This document shows positions 32,035 to 40,394 of a stretch of DNA of 64,000 nucleotides, one piece after another. The notes under the pieces were generated by a model. That model saw only the letters and a list, made by a program, of their open reading frames with translations. It ran no database searches and was not told the origin of the DNA. How positions within the stretch are numbered: the stretch's first letter is position 1; every line of letters begins with the position of its first letter. The stretch spans positions 128,001 to 192,000 of the forward strand of contig JBDRCO010000068.1 in NCBI GenBank assembly GCA_043821645.1, given 5' to 3'. The DNA comes from Pseudomonadota bacterium. Lineage in GTDB: Bacteria; Myxococcota; JACRCW01; JAFGSX01. Made by a program: the position numbers and the translations under genes.

Positions 32035-33089
32035 GCCGCTACCTGGTCGGCCTCAGCGGCGGCGTGGACTCCAGCGTGGCGGCCGCGTTGCTGGTGGAGC
32101 AGGGCCATGAGGTCATCGGCGCCTCGCTGCGCCTGGTCGACGACCCCAGCGCGCCCAGCCACCGCAGCTGCTGTAGCCAGGAAGATCTGGCCGCGGCCCG
32201 CGCCCTCTGCGCGCAGCTGGACATCCCCTACTATGTCTTTGACCTGCGCGCGCGCTTTGACGAGCTGGTCATCCAGCCCTTCGTGCTCGACTACCTGCAG
32301 GGCCGCACTCCCAACCCCTGCGTGCTGTGCAACCAGCACTTCAAATTCGGCGAGCTGCTGCAGCGCGCCCTGGCCCAGGGTGCCCGCCTGGCCACCGGCC
32401 ACTACGCGCGACTGCTTCAGCTGCAGGGCCGCACCTGGCTGGCCAGGGCCTGTGACCGGGGCAAGGACCAAAGTTATTTTCTCTATCGTTTAAGCCATCA
32501 AGCCATTGTAAGCACTGACTTTCCTCTCGGTGGGCTGACCAAGGTCGAGGTCCGCGCGCACGCCCGGCGGCTGGCCCTGAGCGTGCAGCACAGGCCAGAG
32601 AGTCAGGAGGTCTGCTTTGCCGAAGAGGGCGCCGCGACCTTCGTGGCGGGCAGGGCAGGGCGACAGGTCTGCGCCGGAGTGGTGCGGGACGAGCAAGGCC
32701 AGGCCCTGGGTGAGCATGCTGGCATCCACAACTTCACCATTGGCCAGCGCCGCGGCCTGGGGATAGGTGGCGGGCCACGCCGCTTTGTCACGGCGATAGA
32801 CGGCAGCAGCGGTGCGGTCGAGGTGGGGCCGGACAGCGCGCTGTTCAAGCGCCAGGTGATCCTCGAACAGGTTCAATGGTCTGGCGAAAAAGATATGGAT
32901 ACAAAGGAGTTACGGGCAAAAATTCGTGCCCGGCACGAACCCGCAGCGGTGCGGGTGCAGGCGCGGTCCGAGGCCAGCCTGGAGCTGGAATTCGAGCAGC
33001 CGCAACGGGCGCCAGCACCCGGTCAGGCCTGTGTGATTTACTGTGGAGAACGTGTGGTCGGGGGTGGAGTCATCGCCCGTGCCGCATAA
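32031..33089 (+). CDS. mnmA: tRNA 2-thiouridine(34) synthase
   Basis: SGGVDS PP-loop, TPNPCVLCN, ATGHYAR, KDQSYFL, ESQEVCF, TIGQRRGLG. Confidence 0.97.
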   Translation: MSRYLVGLSGGVDSSVAAALLVEQGHEVIGASLRLVDDPSAPSHRSCCSQEDLAAARALCAQLDIPYYVFDLRARFDELVIQPFVLDYLQGRTPNPCVLCNQHFKFGELLQRALAQGARLATGHYARLLQLQGRTWLARACDRGKDQSYFLYRLSHQAIVSTDFPLGGLTKVEVRAHARRLALSVQHRPESQEVCFAEEGAATFVAGRAGRQVCAGVVRDEQGQALGEHAGIHNFTIGQRRGLGIGGGPRRFVTAIDGSSGAVEVGPDSALFKRQVILEQVQWSGEKDMDTKELRAKIRARHEPAAVRVQARSEASLELEFEQPQRAPAPGQACVIYCGERVVGGGVIARAA

Positions 33090-33116
33090 TTTTACATAAT
33101 ATGGATTATGTAAAAT
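33089..33116. other. Palindromic Xer-type site with two identical XerD-like arms
   Basis: ATTTTACATAA-TATGGA-TTATGTAAAAT; both arms are identical to the XerD arm of the dif at 35218. Confidence 0.8.
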
Positions 33117-34479
33117 GAACATCCTCGAGCAGGTCCCGCTCAGCGTCCATCAGACCTGGCAACGCGTGCAGGCGGCAGGTCATGGCATCCACCTGGTGGG
33201 CGGTGCGGTACGCGACATCCTGCTCGGGCGCGCCACCAGCGATTTCGACCTGGCCTCGAGCGCCACGCCACAACAGCTCACCGAGCTCTTTGAGCGTGTT
33301 ATTCCAACAGGTTGGAAGCACGGAACGGTGACCGTGGTACAGCCGGACGGCCTGCTGGTCGAGATCACCAGCTATCGCAGCGAGGGTCCGTATTCAGATG
33401 GGCGGCACCCGGACCTGGTACAGCTCGGCAGCACGATAGAGCAGGACCTCGGACGCAGGGATTTCACCATCAACGCCATGGCCGTGAACTGCAACAGCGG
33501 CCAGCTGCTCGATCTGCATGGCGGTCAGGACGACCTGCGTGCCCGCCTGGTGCGCACTGTTGGCGAGCCAGCCAAAAGATTTCAAGAAGATGGCTTGCGT
33601 CTGTGGAGGGCGGCCCGGTTTGCGGCCACGCTCGAGTTCGAGGTGGAGCCCGGCACGCTGCAGGCCATGCGGGAGCAGTCGGCGTGTCTGCGCAAGGTGG
33701 CGGCGGAGAGGCAAAAAGATGAGCTGTTGCGCTTGCTTCAGGCGGTCGCTCCATCACGGGGTTTCAGGTTGCTGCAGCGCACAGGTCTGTTGAACCTGGT
33801 CCTGCCCGAGCTCGAGCGCTGCGTGGGCGTCGAACAAGGTGGCTGGCACCAGCACGACGTGTTCGAGCATAGTCTTGCAGCCCTGGACGCAGCGCCACAA
33901 GATCACCCAACACTACGTCTTGCTTTACTTTTACATGATATTGGCAAGCCTGGCTGCGCTCGCGGCGAGCTGCCGGATCGGTCCTTTCACGGCCACGAGC
34001 AACAAGGTGCGGAGCTGGCCCGGCAGGTTCTCGAGCGCCTGCGATTTTCCCGCAGCACGGTGGATGAGGTGGTCGCACTGGTTGCGGGCCACATGTGGCA
34101 CTACACAGACGACTGGAGCGATGGTGCGGTCAGGCGCTTTGTCTCGAGGCTGGGCCTGGATCGCCTCAACGATGTTTTCTTGTTCAGGGACGCTGACTTG
34201 CAAGGGAGAGGCGAAACCGGGCTAAAGGACGGTCAGCAACGCTCGCGGGCTTTGACCGCGCGCATCGAGCAGGTGCTGCAAACCAGCCATGTGCTGACCG
34301 TGCGCGACCTGGCGCTCGACGGCAAGGCGGTGTGCCGCATCCTGGGGATAGAGCCGGGCCCCATCGTGGGCCAGGCGCTGGCCTGGTGTCTGGAGCAGGT
34401 GCAGGACAGGCCACAGGACAACAATTCAGAAACATTAGAAAAGATGCTTCGGGACTGGTACCGCGGGCGCGGCCACTAG
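33115..34479 (+). CDS. cca: CCA tRNA nucleotidyltransferase with HD domain
   Basis: VGGAVRD, DFD, DLGRRDFTINAMA, EDGLR, LLLHDIGK. Confidence 0.9.
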   Translation: MNILEQVPLSVHQTWQRVQAAGHGIHLVGGAVRDILLGRATSDFDLASSATPQQLTELFERVIPTGWKHGTVTVVQPDGLLVEITSYRSEGPYSDGRHPDLVQLGSTIEQDLGRRDFTINAMAVNCNSGQLLDLHGGQDDLRARLVRTVGEPAKRFQEDGLRLWRAARFAATLEFEVEPGTLQAMREQSACLRKVAAERQKDELLRLLQAVAPSRGFRLLQRTGLLNLVLPELERCVGVEQGGWHQHDVFEHSLAALDAAPQDHPTLRLALLLHDIGKPGCARGELPDRSFHGHEQQGAELARQVLERLRFSRSTVDEVVALVAGHMWHYTDDWSDGAVRRFVSRLGLDRLNDVFLFRDADLQGRGETGLKDGQQRSRALTARIEQVLQTSHVLTVRDLALDGKAVCRILGIEPGPIVGQALAWCLEQVQDRPQDNNSETLEKMLRDWYRGRGH

Positions 34480-34534
34480 ACCGATTTCGCGCAAAAACGA
34501 AACGGTGAGCAAAGCCCCGCCAAAGGCATCAGAA

Positions 34535-34753
34535 TTTTCCACTTGTTTTCCACAGGGATCGGCCAAAAAACGTGGCCAAATTCGAGGCAGGTGAACGCAA
34601 CAGTGCACGAGCACCACATGAACTTCACATAATTCGCCTAAGGCGTTGTGAAATAAGACTTTTTTAAAGCAACCGATCGTCGTACTTCAGGTCGTGCTGA
34701 TGCAAAACAAAAGGGTTCTTGAAGCTTTGGGTCAGGAGTCGGCCTGTGGAAAA
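34535..34753. promoter_or_regulatory. Small cluster of DnaA-box-like 9-mers in an AT-rich intergenic region
   Basis: TTTTCCACA 34546-34554 (+), TGTGGAAAA 34745-34753 (-), near matches TTTTCCACT 34535-34543 and TGTGAAATA 34647-34655. Confidence 0.4.
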
Positions 34754-34912
34754 GCTGTGACTTCATCCTCACGCGAAAAGTGCCGCCTAAGTCCAACTGA
34801 AAGCATGGTTTTATTTTTTATCAGCCCGGGCGAGGCCAAGCGAGCCAAATTGCCATTGCACAGTCGTCGTGGGGTGCGGTAACAGGGTGCGAGCGAGCAG
34901 CGAGGTTTTCAG

Positions 34913-35218
34913 ATGAGTGAAGGTACCAAGGGTGGAGCCGCAAGCCGGTCCAAGAAGTGGCTGAAGACAGGTATCTTCGCAGCCGGGATGGCGGTCATCC
35001 TGGGGGTGGCGGTGGCGGTCAGCCTGCTGGACACGCCGCCGGTCATGCCCGCTGACGAGACCCATGTGGTCATCGACAAGTTCCCCAACAAGGCCTGCCT
35101 CGAATGCCACGCTCCAGACAGCCTGCCGAACTCGCATCCCATCGAGTACGAGAGGTTTGCCTGCACGAGATGCCACCAGCAGACCCAGAAGACCGCTCCA
35201 CCGGGAGTGACGCAATAA
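34913..35218 (+). CDS. Small membrane-anchored diheme c-type cytochrome (NapB-like layout)
   Basis: N-terminal TM, PPVMP..H, CLECH, SH, RFACTRCH. Confidence 0.85.
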   Translation: MSEGTKGGAASRSKKWLKTGIFAAGMAVILGVAVAVSLLDTPPVMPADETHVVIDKFPNKACLECHAPDSLPNSHPIEYERFACTRCHQQTQKTAPPGVTQ

Positions 35219-35245
35219 TTTTACATAATGCTTCTTATCGGACAA
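35218..35245 (-). other. dif: dif site (XerC/XerD chromosome dimer resolution site)
   Basis: Minus strand TTGTCCGATAA-GAAGCA-TTATGTAAAAT, 11-6-11 like E. coli GGTGCGCATAA-TGTATA-TTATGTTAAAT; intergenic; KOPS polarity switches around it. Confidence 0.9.
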
Positions 35246-35425
35246 TCAGATCGGGCCCCCACCGGACAATATCGATTATTAAAGAGTTTCTGAGCGCCGC
35301 TGCGTCTGCCTCATCCCCCACCATCAACGCACCTGCGCATCGCCCGCCAAGCTTGTGCACAGGAAGCACGCCTTGGGCCTGACAAGCCCCGGGCTGCGGC
35401 AGCTGTGAGCAGCGAGCGCGACTAG

Positions 35426-35569
35426 CAGGACTTGAGCCGCTGGTGCAACGAGCCGCCATCAGGACTTTGGGCCGCTGTGTGCAGCGTGCCGCCATCAGGC
35501 TGTCGCCCGCCAGTCCTGGTCACAGACCGCTCCTTGGACAAGCCCTGGCCCGTCCTAGACAAGCCCTGG
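35426..35569 (+). repeat. Two short imperfect tandem duplications in the gene-free region after dif
   Basis: ~35-bp unit CAGGACTT(T)G(A/G)GCCGCTG(T)GTGCA(A/G)CG(A/T)GCCGCCAT at 35426 and 35460; TCCT..GACAAGCCCTGG at 35531 and 35553. Confidence 0.7.
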
Positions 35570-35765
35570 TGAGCCGGCTTCCCCCTGAACCTGGCTTTTC
35601 TGGCTTCCTGACGTCTCTCTTGTGGCCTTGATGCCTTTGCATGCCGCCCGACCTGGCCTCTGGCTCGCTGTGTTGTGGCCTTGACCAGGTCGCCGCAGGC
35701 CCTGCGCGCGGTGAATGCCCACCCTGGTGGATTCTTAAGTACATCAAGGCCAAGAAAATATTATA

Positions 35766-35818
35766 TATTTACAGAATTTACACAGTTTACAGATTGACAC
35801 GGATGTACGCATTTACAG
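35766..35818 (+). repeat. Array of TTTACA-like hexamers with 8-10 bp period
   Basis: TTTACA at 35768, 35777, 35786, 35812; variants TTGACA 35794 and TGTACG 35804. Confidence 0.65.
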
Positions 35819-36238
35819 CCCTTGGGTAGCGATTTTGACAGGGTCAACCCAAGCCAGCACACCCTACCTGGGCTGCGGTTGCCGCCCTGCACGAGCACCG
35901 AACCACCCAAAATGTGCGCTTGGCCGGCTCACGGGCTTTGGAGTGCAGGACCCCGAACGAAGAAATGCTGCACCCGAACCAGGACGCCCGACCGAGGTTG
36001 GGTTCGGCACGCGGAGGAGCAGCCTCGCCTGACACGTCCCCCTGAACCGATGGATAGGAACGCGCGGGACAGCGTGAACCCAGCCGGTAGCTCAGCCAGA
36101 CGCAGACGCGGGACTCAGGTCCCCGGCCAGGACCGGCGCAGCCATCGCACTGCCAGACGGCTTGCTGCTACCGACATAACAAATTGGTATGATTGGTCAT
36201 TACAGAAGCTCCGGAGCACGGGTTGCAGCTGTGCCGGC

Positions 36239-36266
36239 TTTTTACAGAACAGGGATTATGTGAAAT
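36239..36266. other. Second Xer-type site with two XerD-like arms
   Basis: TTTTTACAGAA-CAGGGA-TTATGTGAAAT (9/11 and 10/11 to the dif XerD arm). Confidence 0.7.
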
Positions 36267-36329
36267 CTGCGCCACCCGAGACCTGCACCGCGGTCGCAAG
36301 GAGCAAAATAACCTCGAATATACAACTAG

Positions 36330-38255
36330 TTATCGAATCACTTTGAGGCGGCGCCGCGCTAGCAAGGCGCCAAGGAGCAGCAGACCTGCGGTCAGGGAGC
36401 TGCGCTGCTCACCGGCACTGGAACACGAGAAACCCTGAACCGGCCCCAGGCTGGCTTTCTGTGACGGTTGCGAGGGTTCCGCGCCCGGCAGGACCGGGTG
36501 CTGACGCGAGTTTGCGAGCTCGAGCTGGGCAACGGGCGCTGGCAGCTGCAGTCCTGGACCGGCTGGCGGTTCCTCGAGCGGAGGTTCTTCGACCGGCGGT
36601 TGTTCTGGCGGAGGCTCGCCAGGCGGAGGCTCGGTGACCACGGAGGTCACGGCACTGAGCGCGATCTCGATGCGCTGGTTGTGACCACCCACCACGCTGA
36701 TGCTGCGCTCGTCGGGTTCGTAGCCGTCCTTGCTGGTGCGCACGGTGGCGGAGCCGGCGCTGAGGGTGAAGTGGACCTCGCCTGAAACCGAGGTCAGCTG
36801 GGCCGCCTGGCCCACGACCTGGACCGTGGCGCCATCCAGGGAGGCGCCCTGCCCGGCCGCCTGATCGTGCACGTGGAAGGTCAGCTCGGCGCTGGTCGGT
36901 ACCGGCGACAGACCGATGGAGGCCCAGGTCTCGGAGCCGGCGGTGACCTGCACGCTGCGCGAACTCTCGGCGTAGCCGGTGGCCGAGGCGGTGATGGTGT
37001 AGGTCCCGGGGTCGAGCTCGAAGCTCCAGTAGGCATCGTCGCTGCGCACGCCGCTGCTGGCGCCGCTGGAACTGCGCACGGTGGCGGCGGTCAGCCGGAG
37101 ATTGCCCAGGTCGGAGGGACCTGCGGTCACGGCCAGGTCCCACACCACGCCCTTGATGCTGCCCTTGGTCGGGGTGGCCGGGGGTGGCGGAGTGGTGGTG
37201 CCGCCGCTGCTCGCCACCGAGCGGAGGGTGCCCATCTGCGCGTACAGGTTGGTGCCCGGGCAGGCGGTGGCGGCCAGGTCGCGGTGGCCGACCACGCTGC
37301 TGCTGCTCACGCTGATGCCGTAGTCACGGGCCAGCAGCCCTATGAGTTTGCCTCCACCCTGGACCATGGCTGCGGGTGGAGTCTGCGGGGGCAGCGACGA
37401 GCAGTCGCTGGTGTGAAAGCAGCCCACGAAGGTGACGCCGAGGTTGTTGGTGTTCTGGTTGGCCACGTGTGCGCCCAGGTACTTGGCCTCGCGCGCCTCC
37501 CAGGTGCGGCCGTCGGCAGTGACGAAGAAGGTGTAGCCCACGTCGCAGTAGCCGCGCGCGTCCATGTGGTAGGCCTGGATCTGGCGCAGGTTGGCCTCGT
37601 AGCTCCCGTTGACCGTGGTGGCCGTCACGGTGTGGTGCACCGTGACCTTGGTCTTGCTGCTGTTCAAAGAGGTGCAGCGGGTGGCGCGAGCGCCCCAGGC
37701 CGCGCGCGACAGCACGCCACCGTTCGCCAGGCTGGTGGCCAGGGCTTGCTGCTGCGCTTCTGCGTTGCGCAGGCTGACAGCGTCGGGCTCCCAGTAGGGT
37801 GCGCTGGCCTGCATCGGGACAAAAAGCTGCCACTGCACGAAGACATAGGCCTCGACCTCGAGCTCCGGGATGCGAATCTGCGCGGCCACCGCCTCGAAGC
37901 CCAGGTCGGCGTGAGCCACGCGCAGAGGGTGTTCCTCCCAGGTGAAGACCACAGGCTGCCAGGGTCCGGGCTGGCCGTCGGCGTCGAGGCCGCGGGCTTC
38001 GGGGTACAGCGGCGCAGCCTCGCGATCCAGCGCCACCTCGATCATGAATCCAGCGCGGGTCACAGGCAGGGTGGAGTCGAGGCTCGGCGACTCGTAGTAA
38101 CCGTCGCGCAGGGTGTAGCTGTCGCGCAGGCGCTCGCCCAGGACGCGAGCCGAGGCCCCGTCATCACCGTCCCAGGGCGCAGGCGCCAGGCGCTCGCAGG
38201 CCAGAACAAGGCTCAGCAGCAGCAAGACGGGCCAGAAAGACTTGTACGCGCGCAT
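36330..38255 (-). CDS. N-acetylmuramoyl-L-alanine amidase (Amidase_2/PGRP-like) lipoprotein with carboxypeptidase-regulatory-like domains and MYXO-CTERM-like tail
   Basis: SRAAWGA, VHHT, IQAYHM, GYCDVGY, GAH, GHRD...TACPG; lipobox LVLAC; C-terminal FSC..TM..RRR. Confidence 0.9.
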   Translation of the reverse strand: MRAYKSFWPVLLLLSLVLACERLAPAPWDGDDGASARVLGERLRDSYTLRDGYYESPSLDSTLPVTRAGFMIEVALDREAAPLYPEARGLDADGQPGPWQPVVFTWEEHPLRVAHADLGFEAVAAQIRIPELEVEAYVFVQWQLFVPMQASAPYWEPDAVSLRNAEAQQQALATSLANGGVLSRAAWGARATRCTSLNSSKTKVTVHHTVTATTVNGSYEANLRQIQAYHMDARGYCDVGYTFFVTADGRTWEAREAKYLGAHVANQNTNNLGVTFVGCFHTSDCSSLPPQTPPAAMVQGGGKLIGLLARDYGISVSSSSVVGHRDLAATACPGTNLYAQMGTLRSVASSGGTTTPPPPATPTKGSIKGVVWDLAVTAGPSDLGNLRLTAATVRSSSGASSGVRSDDAYWSFELDPGTYTITASATGYAESSRSVQVTAGSETWASIGLSPVPTSAELTFHVHDQAAGQGASLDGATVQVVGQAAQLTSVSGEVHFTLSAGSATVRTSKDGYEPDERSISVVGGHNQRIEIALSAVTSVVTEPPPGEPPPEQPPVEEPPLEEPPAGPGLQLPAPVAQLELANSRQHPVLPGAEPSQPSQKASLGPVQGFSCSSAGEQRSSLTAGLLLLGALLARRRLKVIR

Positions 38256-38363
38256 CACACAACCTCCCACACCGTACCGGGACAGTGTGGCAGGACACAT
38301 GGCAGCCGCCATCGGACGCTGGGGGGATAAGAAAAAGCTAAACTAATTCAGGAGGTTGATCGA

Positions 38364-39545
38364 TCAGTCGCGGCGTGCGTGAGCCCAGCCCGCGAATTTC
38401 GAGGACAGGGCATACAGCCAGCCACCGTTGCTGACCACCAGCACCAGATCGTCGGTCACGTCGGGTGCGCCAGCCATGCCCAGGGGCGATCCAAAGATCT
38501 GCCGGGGCTCGCCCGTGATCAGATCGAGCACGTACATGGCGCCCGCGTCGCTCGTGAACAGCACCTTGCCCCGGTCGAACACCGGTCGCGAGGCCGTGCC
38601 CTTGCCAAATTTGAAGGTCCACAGTGTGCGGCCGCTCACCAGGTCGACACCCGCAGCCTGCCCTGCACCCGCGGCCACCAGGACCTTGTCCTTGAGGCCA
38701 AGCCGAGTCATGCCGTCGGTGGCGTTGTGCCACAGGGTCTGGCCGGTGCTCAGCTCGACGGCCGTGATGCCACCGCTGGCGGCTGCAGCCACCAGGACAT
38801 GGCCCGTGATCACGGGGTCCGCGTCGACGTCGAAGAAGGCTTCTCCGCTTCCGATCTGGGCTCGCCACAGTTCGCGTCCAGTGTCGGCCTCGAGCAGGGC
38901 CACGCTGCCGTCGGCATAACCCATGGCCACCACGGTGCGAGCGGTGCCGTCACCGGATGGCAATCGTCCCAGAGCAGGCGAGGCATGGCCGAACAGGGTG
39001 ATGCCCAGGGGCTGCGGATGACGCTGGTGCCAGCGGTAGTCGCCGCTGGCGGCGTCCAGGCAATACAGGGTGTCGAGGGCGGTGGCGAAATACAGCGCGT
39101 CACCGTGCTGTTGCACCGGGCCATCGATCTCTGCGTCGGCCTGGAAGGTCCAGCCCAGCTCGCCGCGCAGGGGATCCAGAGCGTACAGCCGGGCATCGTC
39201 GGCACCGAAGGTCAGCCAGCGAGAGCCCACACTCGGCACGCTGCTGATGCTTCCCCCGGCCTCGAAGTGCCAGACCTCGCGGCGCTGGAGATCCAGCGCG
39301 TGCATCACGCGATCGGAGGTGCCGACGAAGATGAGGCCGCTCGGTGCATGGAACATCGGACCGCTGAACTCGCGATCTTTCCAGTGCGGCGTGAGCAGGT
39401 CCGGCACCGCGGTTGCCGCCGCAGCGACGGGCGTGGCCCACATCAGGCCATAGACCTGGCGGCTGGCGACGGACACCTCGGCGCGCAGGATCGGCGCCGC
39501 CAGCAGCACCGCGAGCAGACCGAGGGTGCGCACGGGACGCCTCAC
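38364..39545 (-). CDS. bamB: PQQ-like beta-propeller protein (BamB-like)
   Basis: Repeated LYALD..G...W motifs; directly downstream of a YfgM-like gene. Confidence 0.75.
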   Translation of the reverse strand: MRRPVRTLGLLAVLLAAPILRAEVSVASRQVYGLMWATPVAAAATAVPDLLTPHWKDREFSGPMFHAPSGLIFVGTSDRVMHALDLQRREVWHFEAGGSISSVPSVGSRWLTFGADDARLYALDPLRGELGWTFQADAEIDGPVQQHGDALYFATALDTLYCLDAASGDYRWHQRHPQPLGITLFGHASPALGRLPSGDGTARTVVAMGYADGSVALLEADTGRELWRAQIGSGEAFFDVDADPVITGHVLVAAAASGGITAVELSTGQTLWHNATDGMTRLGLKDKVLVAAGAGQAAGVDLVSGRTLWTFKFGKGTASRPVFDRGKVLFTSDAGAMYVLDLITGEPRQIFGSPLGMAGAPDVTDDLVLVVSNGGWLYALSSKFAGWAHARRD

Positions 39546-40297
39546 TTCAGTCCTTCGAGCATGCTGGCTGCGTCGGTCTTGTACACGGAGTCGGTGAAGT
39601 CGCTCTCGATGCGCTCGAGATAGCCGCGGGCGCGATCCTTGTCGCCGGCCGCCATGGCAACCCGCGCGGCGTGGTACAGCCCGACATCCTTGCCATAGGA
39701 CTGCTTACCGTCGGCAACCCGAGCATAGGACTGGGCAGCCTGCTCGTTGAGTCCCTTGAGTTCCTGCGCGGCGGCAAGAGCCAGCAGCGCCGTGTTGCGC
39801 AGCGGGTCGGACTCGGCGAACTGGGCCACGGCCTTTTCACACGCGTCCACGGCGCAGTCCGCATCGCCGGTGTCGAGGCAAGCGCGCCCCAGATACAGGC
39901 GGGCCACCGCGCTGCTGCTATGGCTCGGATAGGCGGCGATGACCTTCTCGGCGGCCTCGCGCACAGCCTTGGCCTTCTCCTCGTCCGACTTGAACACGGG
40001 ATCGCCGTTGGGCTCCGGCTTCACCGCGCCCGTGAGATCCACTTGCCCGCGCTCGGCGCGGATCACCTCGGCCAGCACCAGCGAGGCCTTGCCGTCGACG
40101 TGCGCGTTGTAGGTGCTCATGGAGCCATAGACGATGCCGATCACCAGCAGTGCTCCGATCACGGACAGCACCAGCTTGCTGTTGCCCGCCATCCAGTCGA
40201 AGGCGCGCTGCGACAGGGACAGGAACTCGTCCGGGGCATCGACGCTCGGCACGCTGGCCTTGCGCTCATCTTTGGTGGGTTTGATTTTTCTGACCAC
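39542..40297 (-). CDS. YfgM-like membrane-anchored TPR protein
   Basis: Single N-terminal TM, YPSHSSSAVARLYLG and TPR helices; synteny with bamB-like gene. Confidence 0.75.
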   Translation of the reverse strand: MVRKIKPTKDERKASVPSVDAPDEFLSLSQRAFDWMAGNSKLVLSVIGALLVIGIVYGSMSTYNAHVDGKASLVLAEVIRAERGQVDLTGAVKPEPNGDPVFKSDEEKAKAVREAAEKVIAAYPSHSSSAVARLYLGRACLDTGDADCAVDACEKAVAQFAESDPLRNTALLALAAAQELKGLNEQAAQSYARVADGKQSYGKDVGLYHAARVAMAAGDKDRARGYLERIESDFTDSVYKTDAASMLEGLK

Positions 40298-40394
40298 GAT
40301 GCACTCCTGTGAACCTGCGCGGCAGGTAAGCTATCCTCGTCGGAACAGCGCAGGGAACCAACAAGGCGGCAAAAATAGTGATGCCCGGTGCACG

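Noticed and set aside
34480-34912. oriC
   Set aside because: No dnaA/dnaN/parAB/gidA context; dif and converging KOPS indicate the terminus. Kept only as a DnaA-box-like cluster.
35426-35569. Possible CRISPR array
   Set aside because: Only two copies per unit, no unique spacers, no cas genes.
33089-36266. Intact IMEX or filamentous prophage at dif
   Set aside because: No rep, zot, coat or recombinase genes between the sites.
36313-36340. Further dif-like site at the amidase stop (CTCGAATATAC-AACTAG-TTATCGAATCA)
   Set aside because: Only TTATCG matches; the other arm does not fit.
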